Positions 52,320 to 64,000 of a stretch of 64,000 nucleotides of DNA are shown piece by piece. The position numbers and the translations under genes were made by a program. Positions within the stretch are counted from its first letter, which is position 1, and each line of letters starts with the position of its first letter. The notes below the pieces were generated by a model that worked only from the letters and a program-made list of their open reading frames with translations, was not told the origin of the DNA and made no database searches. The stretch is from Vicugna vicugna (lineage: Eukaryota), in assembly GCA_013265495.1 (NCBI GenBank), contig MU058000.1, positions 62,001 to 126,000 of the forward strand, read 5' to 3'.

Positions 52320-52542
52320 GTCAGTGTTCTCAACACGGGGAGGTGATTTTGCCCTCTTGCGGAGGTTTGGCAATGTCTGGGGACACGCTGGACACCATGG
52401 CTCAGGACGGGGAACGTTCCTGGTATCTAATGAGTAGATTCTAGGGAAGCTGCTTAACATCCCACAAGGCACAGGACAGCCTCTGCAACAAAGAACGACC
52501 TGGCACAGATGTTACAAACGCCAAGGTGAAGAAGCCCTGCTC
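52320..52542. mobile_element. MER20 (hAT-Charlie)
   Basis: cagtgttctcaac...ggtgattttgccc...tttggcaatgtctgg...gctgcttaacatcccacaaggcacaggacagcc. Confidence 0.88.
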
Positions 52543-53135
52543 TACGCTAATAACTGTTCAAGGTCAAAAGAGTTTGAAGTCGCCCACACCCCACGTGGAT
52601 CTTGGGCAGACTCTAGGGAACAGCAGGCTTTTTGTCAGTATGGTCAAATCTTCCCAGGCTCCTGCGTTGGTTCCACACTAATGAACCACAAGCTGAACTG
52701 GTAATACGGATTGTTCTTATCCTCAGGAAAGGAGTGACTGTAAATGCCATGGCTATAAAATACCACATGTTACTTCAGCACTGAGAGGAGTTGGACTTAC
52801 ATACAGAGGAGGGCAGCCATACACACTCAGCCTTTGACCAACCAAGAGACCCGTGGGTTCCCGGTTCAGGATTTCTTAACCAGCATTGATTTCCGTAGAA
52901 ACAATATATTCAGCAACAATGGCATAAACTTAAAGATTAGTTCTCAGGTAAAAAGTTATAAGCACAGACTTCAGATTTTTATCCTCTACTTCCACAAAAT
53001 TCAAAATCTATCTCCTACATCAAGAAAGTTCTTTCACAAGTACCCTTACACAAATCCTCCAGGGGCCACTTAGAAAGTTGTAGCTATAAACACGGGTAGC
53101 ACTCAAAGGTTGAAAGTGTATATAAAGAACATTAC

Positions 53136-53249
53136 TTTGAAGCTTTGGATTCTGTACTTGGCGTCATCCTGGCGCTGCTGAAGAGACGCTCTGTGGACTC
53201 TGTATTTAGAAAATCTCCCGTCGATCTTCTCAGATAAACTGGAAGAATC
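53136..53249 (-). CDS. CEP128: CEP128 internal coding exon (114 nt, phase 0-0): DSSSLSEKIDGRFSKYRVHRASLQQRQDDAKYRIQSFK
   Basis: Acceptor ctctgttgtttttccAG, donor AAA|GTAATG. Open and in frame with both flanking exons; resembles the recalled CEP128 segment DGRYSKYRVRRNSLQHHQDDTKYR. Confidence 0.92.
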
Positions 53250-54644
53250 CTGGAAAAACAACAGAGAGTCTAAACTGGCAGATGGAAGAAAAGCCAGTGG
53301 TTGAAATTAGACTAAGACAGTATTGATACATAGATAATAAATAATTACAGGCATTTACAGAGATATATAGAGAGAGAGGAATCATAGATTCTCAAGGATA
53401 AAAAAGAAAATAGTCACTTTGGATGCTTTCATAAAAATAAAAGTAGGGTCCCACACTGGTTGTTTGCATTCTTTTCACTGCTAGTCTCCATGCCAGTCTG
53501 AAATGACTGACACCCTTTAGTTGAAGGGACAAAGGTTTAAGTAACAGTGTGTTGTCCAAAGATGGTATTTAATGACATGATGCTACTTTTCGATGTTGTT
53601 ACTGTCACCTGGAGTAGTACTCAGCATCAACATACTCTCTGTGCTCAACATTCTACCCTTTAACTTTAAATTTAATAACTATATCACATAGATTTTTAAG
53701 CCTAATGGTATCTCATCTGCTGTCAAAAGCATAAAAAGATTCAGGTAAAAAAGTAAGAAAGAAAGATTTCCAAGGGCCTTACTTCTTGCCTTCTTGTTTT
53801 TCCTTCATTTTGGGGAGAGGGAGGAAACAGCAAATAGTCACTACAGTCAGTTGTTTAGACATTTCTATTATGAATTAGGGAGGGGAGAAACTAAAAGAAT
53901 TAGGGCAACTGATTTTCATATATAAGAAAAATCATCTATGGGATTTAGTTCCCCAAAGAGCCTCAAGGAAATTTTTTTGAATGCTGAAACTGGAAGGGGT
54001 ATTAGAATTCCAAAGTTCTCATTTTTCTTTAAAAAAAAAAATTACAGCCCAGGTAAGTTAAGAATGATTTGTCCAAGGCTAGACCATGTGTGGCAGGTTG
54101 GGCTAGGAACCCAAGGCTCTGCGCTCTCCCCCATACCAGATATGTAGTGTTTAAATGTGGGATTGTAGAGCTGAACCACTTCTTTCAAAATGAGGTTTAA
54201 AAAAATGACAGTGAGAGACTGTGACACCTTTAAATAAGAATAAAGTCAAGACCCAGCTAAATAAGATGCGATTTGTATTCATACTTAAGAGTCACAGACT
54301 ATAGTAATACCAAAAAACATACATGTGAAATGTATTTTCACATACATGGTAGTGATGCCAGTGTGAGCAGGAACAACAGAGATACTACTGTTCAAATCTC
54401 TCATTTTATGGGTGAATAAACATCCCCTGAGACAGACCAGAACTTAGATCTTTGAACCCTTGCTCACGGCATACTGAATTTTAGAAAGCTTTTAGAAATT
54501 TGAAAAATATAACCTACACCTAATAATCTATAGCTTTATGTATTTTTATTTAAGGCTATGTTTAGTTATTTCCATTAAACTGATTACATGACCTCTTTTT
54601 AATCATACAGATGGCTTTAGAGTACATACAGAATGGGTTTCAAG

Positions 54645-54860
54645 CTAGAGGCAGTAGCGCAAAGCAGACGGGCTTTGTTGCAAATACAGAGAATTAGACT
54701 GGAGTTGATCTAATCTGCATACTCCAAGCTTCAGTTCCCTCAGGTGTAAAATGGGAGAAAAGAATGCCTGTCTACAGGGTGTCTCTAAGGATCTGAAACA
54801 ATATAATGTGAAATACAGCTACTGCCTGCCCCAGAGTAGTGCATAATACTTGTCATGAAC
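54645..54860 (+). mobile_element. MIR SINE
   Basis: aagcttcagttccctcaggtgtaaaatggg...cctgtctacagggt. Confidence 0.65.
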
Positions 54861-56463
54861 TCCTTTCCATTTTAAAGGTAATCACTAATACTGGGAAGTA
54901 CAATTCTGAATTTTGAAAAACACTGTCCCTAAAAATTTCACTACACAGGCATCTTCCTATGTGAGCGTGCATACATATAAGCTAGACTTATAGATAATCA
55001 CTAGCCCATATGATGAAAAATAATAAAATTTTTTTTGTAATATTAGAGAACACAACTTTTAAATTGTACTTGTGAACATTCTGTTTAATGTACACCACTG
55101 GGGGGAAAACTGAGCGGTCACCGTAGGTTAAATTTTATTTTTTTAAGCTGGTATAAGACAGGCATTAGTTTCTCGGTGACAAATGCCACCTGTTCCTAAT
55201 ACCTTTTCTTGCCCGCCCTTCATTCACCTAGATAACTTCTATTAGCTAAAGAGAAAAAAAGTGGAAAGGACATGGATGTAACATATTGCCTGCTTTCCAC
55301 ACAGGGCCATATAAGGGTGAACAGAAATTACATCTTCTTGGATACCAGTTTCATAATTCTTTGATAGGGATTTAGACTGCAAATGTGTTATAAATTCCTG
55401 AGAAAGGATTGAAACTGTAGTAAAATACACTCGAAACACTTGGTTTTATTCTATACGTGTCTGTTTCTAGATGTGTCAGCTCAACCCTAGATCCCACTCA
55501 AAAATATTTACTTATTGAACTAGCAAATTTTGCTTCCTGAAATTTTAAGCTAGTGTAGACCTTGAAAGCTGCATCACATCAGTACCCCCAATAAATCAAT
55601 ATGGCTCTATTTCCTACTCACTATATCCTCAAACAATATGTTAGAGTCAAGCAGAAGCTAAACATAACATAAGTTATATTTTAAAGCCGATGTGAAATAA
55701 GGGGTTACATAGTTTTCAAAGAAAAACTCTCACCTTTGTTCATTCATACAAAGTCAAGAAATTACAAATCACTAGAACTGTCTTATTATACATGCTTCCC
55801 TAAGGCGACATGCAAAGATGCTGTCTGGGCTGGACCCTGCCTGGCAGGACTGGGTGGCAGGGTTACTTACTTTGCATCTTTTGCCTGAGAGCAACTTAAA
55901 AATATTACAGTGGTAAATCCACACATGTAATTAATTGGCTTTGAAATCTTTTGTGGTTAGAGGTCTAGCAAATAAATAGCACTGGATATAAAATCTAACA
56001 TTCTATGTGGATTTAAATTAATATATTAATATATTGTAGCATAGAGGTAGCCTTACACTATCACATCTCTAAGACAAACAGTGCTCTGGAAATTTATAAC
56101 TTAAAAGAAGAAAATTCATAAATTAAAATTGCTTATCAAAAAAAGTTATGTATCACCAATGTAATGTGTAATTCCTTTTAATTCTTAGGTTTTTCTTAAT
56201 TAGAGTCAAAAGTTTAAGGGCCAAATGAGCTTGCAGATTGTAGAGCAAAAGTCTCCATTTTCCTATACTGCGCTAATATATAAATGCCATTATTTTCAAT
56301 CCTGGCTTCACAAATGTCAATAAACTCTGGTAAGACTGAGTGTTAAGAGTCCCCAGTGTTTTTTGGTCTTTCCTCCCTCCCTACAATTTTCTTTGCACAT
56401 CAGGAAGATGTCAGTGTTCTCACTCAGATAAAAATACTGAAAGACAAGCCAACTCTTTCTTAC

Positions 56464-56541
56464 TCTGAAGCCTTTGAAATCTTCTAGTAGGCTCAGTTTC
56501 TCAGGCACAGACTCCAGATGGTCCAAGGCCACTCGGGTACT
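56464..56541 (-). CDS. CEP128: CEP128 internal coding exon (78 nt, phase 0-0): STRVALDHLESVPEKLSLLEDFKGFR
   Basis: Minus strand: acceptor gtgttttcttttctAG, donor AGA|GTAAGA, open frame. The peptide matches my recollection of the human CEP128 C-terminal region (ALDHLESVPEKLSLLEDFK). Confidence 0.92.
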
Positions 56542-57404
56542 CTAGAAAAGAAAACACAAGGAAACCAAACATAAAAAATTGATTAATACTCTCAGAATTC
56601 AACTACTAAAAATCAGTTGTACCACTGGTATAAGCAGTTGAAGCTATAGATTCAGAGACCCAAACAAGAACAAATATAATAGTATTTCTATGATAAATAC
56701 ATTTTCTAACTCAGATTTTTTTTTCCAAAAAGTATATGAGACACAATTGTAAAACTGATTCAGATATAAAACTCCTCCCAGATAATTGCTTTCAACTGAT
56801 ATGCTATGAAACGTTCTATAGAGAATTTCACATTGATATTAATTTACAAACCTGCTCTGGTGAACATCAGAAATAAATCACAAGGTGATACTGATAAACA
56901 GATGAATTTACAGTTACTTATCTATGGAAAATATAGCGATCCTTACATGTTGCCATATAAAGAAGAAAAGAGTTTTCTCAACAATTATTTTAGTTAAAAA
57001 GGAAAAGAGCAGTTCTCAAAAGACTTGGAAGATGTATCTAAAATTATTTACGACAGGAACACAAGATCCTATTGATTACAAATCAATAACAGAGACAGTC
57101 TTAAATTAGCTGGTCACTGATTTGCACGTACCGATATAACCATTAAGAAGGAATGATCTGAAAATTATTTCAAAGCCAGTGTTGAACTGAGAGGTTAAAC
57201 TGTAGAATGACCTTGAGGCCACAGACTGTATAATATGCACCTCTGAGTTCTTAGTCCTGTCACAGAGCAGCCACATAGATATTAGTTTTTAAAAGATAAA
57301 ATGAGTTGCAATTATTCAATGAAATAAAGAACACAGTCCCTGGCTGGTATATGGGAAGAAAGTGAAGCGTCTTGCAAGAACCTGGACAGAAGTTTGCACA
57401 GAGC

Positions 57405-57715
57405 TGTTGTGAAGTTAGTGACCACCCAATATTCCACGTGCTCCCCTGCATCTCCCATGTGAATGGTTCTGCACAATAGATTATGAATGAAAGGGACATG
57501 TGTCACTTCTGGACTGAAACAGCTGAGTCCGTGTGCTCCCTCTTCCATCTCAGACCCTGCCGTAGGGACCCTGGAAGCCACATGTTCCATGTACAAGACA
57601 GAGGAACGCTGCCCACCATATTGGATTAAACGTGTAAAAAAAATCAACTGTTACCGTGTTAAGCTGTAAGATTTCATGGTTTGTTGGTTACTGAGTCATA
57701 GCACAGAATTAATTA
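57405..57715 (+). mobile_element. MaLR LTR (MLT1J-like)
   Basis: gacatgtgtcacttctggactgaa...gaccctggaagccacatgtt...gttaagctgtaagatttcatggtttgttggttactg. Confidence 0.75.
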
Positions 57716-57777
57716 TTGCAAATAATACCTGAGAATTACATAATTAAATTGTAGGCCAATCAGTTGGTCAAATGACT

Positions 57778-57805
57778 TGTGTGTGTGTGTGTGTGTGTGT
57801 GTGTG
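57778..57805. repeat. (TG)n microsatellite
   Basis: About 14 uninterrupted TG units. Confidence 0.95.
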
Positions 57806-60409
57806 GTGGGAAGAAGCTCCCAATTATGTGTATATGAGGGTTGTTTTTATTTTTCCCCTCAGGGAAAGTTTAATTTTTCTGGAACTAAACAGGTTTAGGA
57901 ACCGGTGTTCTCATCATCTGGTATATATCCATTTTCACACTCTTCCTATTTTGAATCCCCTTCCTCACCCTGATGCTGTTCTCTGCCTTCACCTCCAAGC
58001 CAGAGCTTCTCCAAAGCACACATGCATGTCTTCTGCAGGGTTTGTGGAGGCGTATGGATGGGGATAGAGTGGAGGGTCTAACTTTTCCTTGAAGACACTT
58101 TCAATGTATTCATCTCCATCCTGTACTTCTTCAATAACTGTACTGACAGTTCAAAAGCCTTTCTGAAACTCTGCAGGTGAATAAAATTTGCTTTCCATAG
58201 CGATCCCCTTGACAAGCATTTGAGTTTCAACTTCTCTGATCTGAGTCATTTTACCCTTTCTCTTTCAATGTTCTTTGACTTGGAGTTATAGATATCTTCA
58301 AGTTGTCAACATGTAAACCACTGTTTCTATTTCTTCATCTTCTTATTTTCCTAATGTGATTTTTGAGAGAAGAGTAGAAACATCCTGATTTCACCATTTT
58401 GAAACCGGAAGTTGAACGTGCTGTTTCTTCACATTCATAACTTTATAAGTTCCTTAAACTTTCAAGTTCCATTTAAAGGACGTAGTTCCTTCCGCTTAAC
58501 ATTTATTGTTAGTCTTTTTGCAGCATGTGCTCAACTCAAACTGCCATGCATTTTAAATGGCTTCATTTAATTCCTTCGTGTGTAGAAAAGATTCATCGAA
58601 ACAACATGTTTCTTAACATAGGCTCTAACGTGTAGGTTTAAGAGAACTAGGAGTGTTAGCCACCAAATGTGCTATGTTCATTTACACAGTAAAATTACAG
58701 CTTTTCTCAAGAATTATATTGGCCCTTGAAAAATAAAATACAAATCAATGCCACGGTGATTTTAAAACAAAATTTTATGCATTGGATAAAATCTTTTTCA
58801 TAAACAATGGTTTCAACGAGCTTGTAGTGTTAAACCTTTATTTCCTTTTTTACCTCATTCAAAAGTGATCCTCTGACCTGGGTTAAATATGTTAAACTAA
58901 TTTTAACCTTCAAATAAGCAAATAATCTCTTTCCCTTCTGTAAAACCAGCATGTTATGCAAATATTTTGCTTAAAATTTTCAATCAACTAGGTGATGCAT
59001 GAAAAAGGTTTTTTTCTTGCATGTTTACACATACTAGTTTATTCTGACTGTTTGATTATGTCTTGAGGTACATATTCAAATGGTTACTTTTTTTGAGTAA
59101 ATCTTTAAAAACTGCTTGGCTCCTTCCTTCTTAAGTAGTTATTTTTCTATTCCCTCCGCCAACCTCTTCATGTCTCTACTAACACCTTCACATTTGCTCA
59201 TCATCTATTTTATTTGAGACTACTTTATATTCCACTTATGGGTTGTTCCTAAATACCTTGCTTAATATCAGAAATACTTTCTAGTACACGTGTCTTTCTC
59301 TTCATCCTTACAGTCTAGTCAATCAATTAACACGAAATGTATATCCAGATACCACAGGAAAATCCTAGTAAGACATGGATGGCACACTTTCTGTTCTTCA
59401 GGAACTTCACTGGAGGGAGAACATGCATATGCAAAAGACATAAGAATTTTACAAAGAAAAAAGTTAATTGCATTTTAAGGAAATTACATGTACAGATGCT
59501 GAAATTTCTAAGGCATCTGCGACAATAATGTGAAGTAATGAAGATAATGAGTCCACGCCTGCAGGCATCTCAGGTCTCATAATTTCAAGATTAAGTGGTA
59601 TTTGGGGGAGTACATTTAATTTCTGTCCTATCTCTATGAATGTTAGCGTGCTTAAAGCCACCACGTTGGCATATAGACTTGAGTATGCACATTCACATTC
59701 AAACTCTGTTTTTTGTTTTATAATGAGATTTGTTAGGCTTTTATGATTAGTCTTGTCACATTATATGTCATTTCAAGTTCACTTTTCCCCCAAAACTAAC
59801 TGTGCTAGAGAGACAAGAACCAACAGCAGATGGATAGTCTATATAGGGAACTTGCTGGATTTTAGAGATGCCATGAGGACCTACAGCATGCTCGTTCCTA
59901 GGGCAAAAGATCTCTTACAGAGTCAGGGAAACTTTTTGTCTTCTAAGTTGGTTAATTATTTCTGCCTTACATGCTCAAATACTTTAAAGGATACAGGTGA
60001 GTGAGTCTCCACTGGTAGAATTAAGGGAACAATTTCTCAAGTTTATTAATAATGGCACCAGCAAATGACAAATGGCTTAACCTGTCTTTACTTTTCTTAA
60101 CTCAATTTTCTAGAAGAACTAAATCAGACATTCACTAAGGGGTTTAAAGACAGTTTCTCTTTTGAAAATGTTACAAGATACTACATTCCTTACAAATTTG
60201 AAAACAAAGAGAAATTCACAATTTAGGTTCCATTTCATAAAGGACTAATAAAATATATTGAATATAGTACTTGGTTTATCTCGGAGGCTTAAGGAGCTGG
60301 ACTTCCAGTGGCCGAGGAGCAGTGGCAAAGCAAATGATTATTTACTCCTGATCCTGTTTAGTAGGATAAAGAAAGCTTGAACTACAAAAATGTAATTCAT
60401 TTGAATACA

Positions 60410-60560
60410 ATTCTTAATCCTCACATCAATGCATAATGAAGATACTATTGTTATCCCCATTGTATAGATGAGGAAACTGAGGACCAAGGTATAAATAACC
60501 TCCTCAGCCATGTGATGACAAAACTGGTATGTAAACCCAAGCAGTGTGAATGCAGAAATG
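60410..60560 (-). mobile_element. MIR SINE
   Basis: ttatccccattgtatagatgaggaaactgagg...aaacccaagcagtgtga. Confidence 0.85.
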
Positions 60561-62002
60561 GCAATATTATTATATATTTTCATGGTAACTCACCAACTAA
60601 AAAGGATAGCAACCAGAAGCTGCAAAAGTGCATGCTTTACGTAAATTCCTAATCCCTCTCTAGCTACCAACTCCTAGCAGCTAGAATTTTGAAGATATGT
60701 CCTGGATGAGCTTATTTCTGGAAAAGAAGTTTTAAGATGAACCCAAGGTCTTTCCTCAAGACTATGCATCCAAGCATATACACACACACGAGGGGTCAGG
60801 ACACTCCTGCCGTCAATTAGAGGATGTTAGGTATGAGATTGAGTTTTATGATACTAACACCCCCCTTATCTTTTTTGTAACACTTAGCCTTTTATAGCAC
60901 ACTATCTGGACCACAGGAGGTGCTTCAATAATTGTTGGCTGCATAAAGACAAAGGCAGAGTTACCATGTTCTAATCAACCCACTGAATCTTGGCCTCTCT
61001 ATTAAAAACCTCGAAGCAAAAGTTTGCTGTTTCATTTATTTTCTCTAGACTAAGGGCAAGATCAAGTGGTAGAAACAACAGTGAAATTCAGAAATCCTGT
61101 CTGTTAGGTCTTGGCTTTTACACCTACAGGCATGTTTAGATATCTTTCAAAAAGGGCAATGAATAAGCTGGCAATTTTACTATTCCAAAATCTTCAACAC
61201 ACACCAAACTGCTCTGGAGTTGAACAGTTTGTACTGGTCCACAGTATATTTTTCTTTAGACGGTCCTTTGCTTCAGACTACAGGGAAATTGAATAATATA
61301 GTATGACAACATAAGTAGCAGCTATTAGGAATTAGAAAGGGGCTTCATTGCAATTCTTAGATTCCTGTCTCCTGCAGAGAAAGCTTACAAAACAGATTTA
61401 ACCCTAGGTATATTTTAGCAAAAACACCTTTCTTTGTAAAAATGCGCGTGTTTATTTTCTTATTAACGTATAGCTATTGAAATCATATGTTTTGAAGTTT
61501 AGATGATAAATAAAAGGAGATGGTGTCTATATTTTTATTTTAAAAATAAGTGTGTGCATTTTTGGCACTATACAGATGTTAAATAAATGAGGTTATGAAG
61601 CAGTTTATTTGGGTTCAAAAATGCAATTCTATTTCATTTGGAAAGAGACCCACTGCAAACTTTTTTTTTTTGACAAATGGCTGAAAGATGGTGAAAGGAC
61701 CTGAGTAAACAAGTTAGAAGGAGAGGAAGGGTGAGATCATAAAAAGGACAGACTGTCTGCCTTTTCACTTGTGGTGACTCGATCCTGCGCAGCTGTATTG
61801 GGTTCACAGGGTCCTTTCTTCATCCAAACTGCATAAGACACTTGCTGGAACCAAATGGAAAAGCAGCAGAGAATAGGCTGGCAAAGTCATTCTGTAGATG
61901 TACATGCTTGAAAGAGCTCCTGTGCTCAAAGTCTTGTGGATTTCTTAGGAAATCAGAGGAGTGCTCTTTTTCTAGATTGTGTATTTCAAATTTCTTTTAT
62001 TA

Positions 62003-62139
62003 CTTTTTTGTTTGTTTTTGTTCTGTTTGGAGGCAGGAGAGGTAATTGGGCTTATTTATTTTAATGGAGGTACTGGGGATTGAATCCAGGACCTCATGCA
62101 TGCTAGGCACGCACTCTACTACTGAGCTATGCCCTCTCC
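62003..62139 (-). mobile_element. Vic-1-like tRNA-derived SINE (camelid)
   Basis: ttaatggaggtactggggattgaatccaggacctcatgcatgctaggcacgcactctactactgagctatgccc, with gaggtaatt linker and T-rich tail. Confidence 0.88.
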
Positions 62140-63094
62140 CAATTCATTGCGTATTTTAAGAGAGGTCTAAAAATCAGACACCCATTTAGAAGTGTTTACA
62201 CATGTCTTGGGGTCAGAGGGTACATAAGGCTTTTTTTTTTTTTAAACCAGTTAATGTGGCAATATGACATCAGTGATTATATCTGAGCTAAAATCCAGAA
62301 CTTCTGTTACCAACAAACTCCCTATTTCTTATAAAATACCATTCTAATCAAAAGTAGTAGATCTCCTTTAAAAGCACAAATTTATGAAATTTGAGAGTAG
62401 GCAGCATATCTTCATTGGAAAATTTGAATAAAGAAGGCTTTCTAGGTATTTTCCAACTCTCATCGACAATACATTTTTTTAGTGAAGAACTATATGAAAT
62501 CTACAGACCCTGTCATTAAAGATTATTGTGTTCTTCGTTCTAGACATAACTGAATTGTAAGTTACAGTCAACCCATGATCTTCTTATTAGCTTAATTTGA
62601 GGACTTAATTTTTTCGATGAGAACACCAAGAGTGAGTTGAAGGAAGACAGAAGGAATAAAGAAACTTATCTCTTTCCCTTGATATCCCTCTTTAAATACA
62701 TTTTTCTTGCCACTCCCTGATATAAAGGAAAAAGAACATACAAAGAATAACGAGGAAGGTCTTGAGATCCACACTTTTAATTTCTGTGAAATCACTTTAT
62801 TTCTTAACATTAAAAACTAAACATACCCAAAAGGAAAGAAGTTTAAGAAATTTTGCCCCAAAAATGTTTTTGCATGTTAATAATGGGCAAATAGTATAAG
62901 AAAGGGCTTCGTGGAAGAGTTTAGCAGTTTCTGCTGAAGGTGGCAGGGAAAGAAACTATGCTTGTGGATTTACTGGTCCCAAATCCACGTGTGTTTCCAG
63001 GGGGCGATGAAGACCAGTGGTGAGGCGGAAGGTATGCGAAGTGGAACTCAGCATTCCTGCTTTGTGGAGAGTCACAACTCCAGTAACGTCACTT

Positions 63095-63265
63095 GTATTT
63101 TGTGGTTTGGGGACTGTCACTTTCCCCTACCCTTCTAAGCTTCAGGCTTTTATTTGCAAAATGGGAATAAATAATGATGGTCTTTATTATCTCACACACA
63201 CAGGTAACTGATTATCGAGTAAGAGTGAATGTGAAAGTGCGTTGAAAATTGTCAAGTACTTTCTA
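63095..63265 (+). mobile_element. MIR SINE
   Basis: tctaagcttcaggcttttatttgcaaaatgggaataa...gaatgtgaaagtgc. Confidence 0.65.
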
Positions 63266-63589
63266 AAAAGCAAGTTTTTTTAAAAAAAACAAAACAAAAC
63301 AGTGATCCTGTGAGGTACTTTCAACTCTAGTATCTCTCAAATGGAAAAAAAGGAGGTCAATGAAAATCTAAAATTATAGCTAATAATAATTAGACAACAG
63401 AGTAAGCAGAAACAAGGCAAACTTAATTAAAACTATATCCAATATTTAGAAGTATGTTTACTGTTCTACAGAAATCATCCAAAACGTAAAAGTAATAGAA
63501 GTGTAATGGCACATAAACTGCTTTTGTACATACTGTGCCCTCGGTGGAGAATGTTCCCTCCAGTCTCCTTATCTGGTTAAAACTTTTCC

Positions 63590-63900
63590 CCCCAACATTA
63601 CGAGCATTTTCAAGCATACAGGAAATCTGAAAGAAATTTACAGAGATCACCCAAATACCCACTACCTAGATTCTACTATTAACATTCTGTTATATTTGCT
63701 TTATCACATATTAATCCATCTATCCATCCTCATGTCTGTCCATTAACCCAATTTATTTCTGGATGCATTACAAAGTAAATTGCGTACATTAGTACACTTT
63801 TCCCTAAATACTTCAGCATGCATAAAATTAACTCCAGTTGAATACTCTTAAGGTAAAATTTACATCTAATGGAACGTACAAATCTTAAGTGAACTGGTTA
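63590..63900 (-). mobile_element. Old LINE-1 3' end (L1MC-like), antisense
   Basis: ttttcaagcatacagg...acctagattctactattaacattctgttatatttgctttatcacat...cctaaatacttcagcatgcat. Confidence 0.75.
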
Positions 63901-64000
63901 ACTTTTATTATCTTTCAACACTTCCTCAGGGAAGGCTCCAGTACCTTTACCGACTCTGTCAAAGAGGCTCTCAGTTACATCATGAGCCTGTCCTTTGTAA

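Noticed and set aside
56542..64000. Further upstream CEP128 coding exon
   Set aside because: No segment with convincing acceptor, donor and coiled-coil-like frame was found. The next exon is probably outside the window, though a very short exon could be missed by eye.

Overview
Mammalian nuclear DNA, AT-rich and repeat-rich. Two Vic-1-like tRNA-derived SINEs and young L1 3' ends point to a camelid. The only protein-coding gene I recognise is CEP128 on the minus strand. Its last four coding exons are 56464-56541, 53136-53249, 40446-40554 and 33282-33409, all GT-AG and phase-consistent, followed by a ~1 kb 3'UTR with AATAAA at 32319-32324. The rest is intronic or intergenic, with L1, L2, MIR, MaLR/ERVL LTRs, MER/Tigger/hAT DNA elements and a young full-length U6 retrocopy. 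Five structures are not explained by these features: (i) a cryptic, phase-compatible two-exon alternative 3' end for CEP128 at 29.85-30.5 kb, whose long form carries three in-frame TGAs; (ii) a textbook CCAAT-TATA-Inr-first exon-GT donor cassette at 10.4-10.6 kb (minus); (iii) an orphan CpG-rich promoter with BANP, YY1, CRE and GC-box motifs at 27.6-28.0 kb; (iv) a plus-strand pair of spliceable terminal exons with a poly(A) signal at 17.9-19.5 kb; (v) a perfect 240-bp direct repeat flanking a 238-bp unrelated segment at 7.2-7.95 kb. Gene and repeat names come from my recall of the families, not from searches, and old-repeat boundaries are approximate. I found no evidence of a prokaryote-type system.
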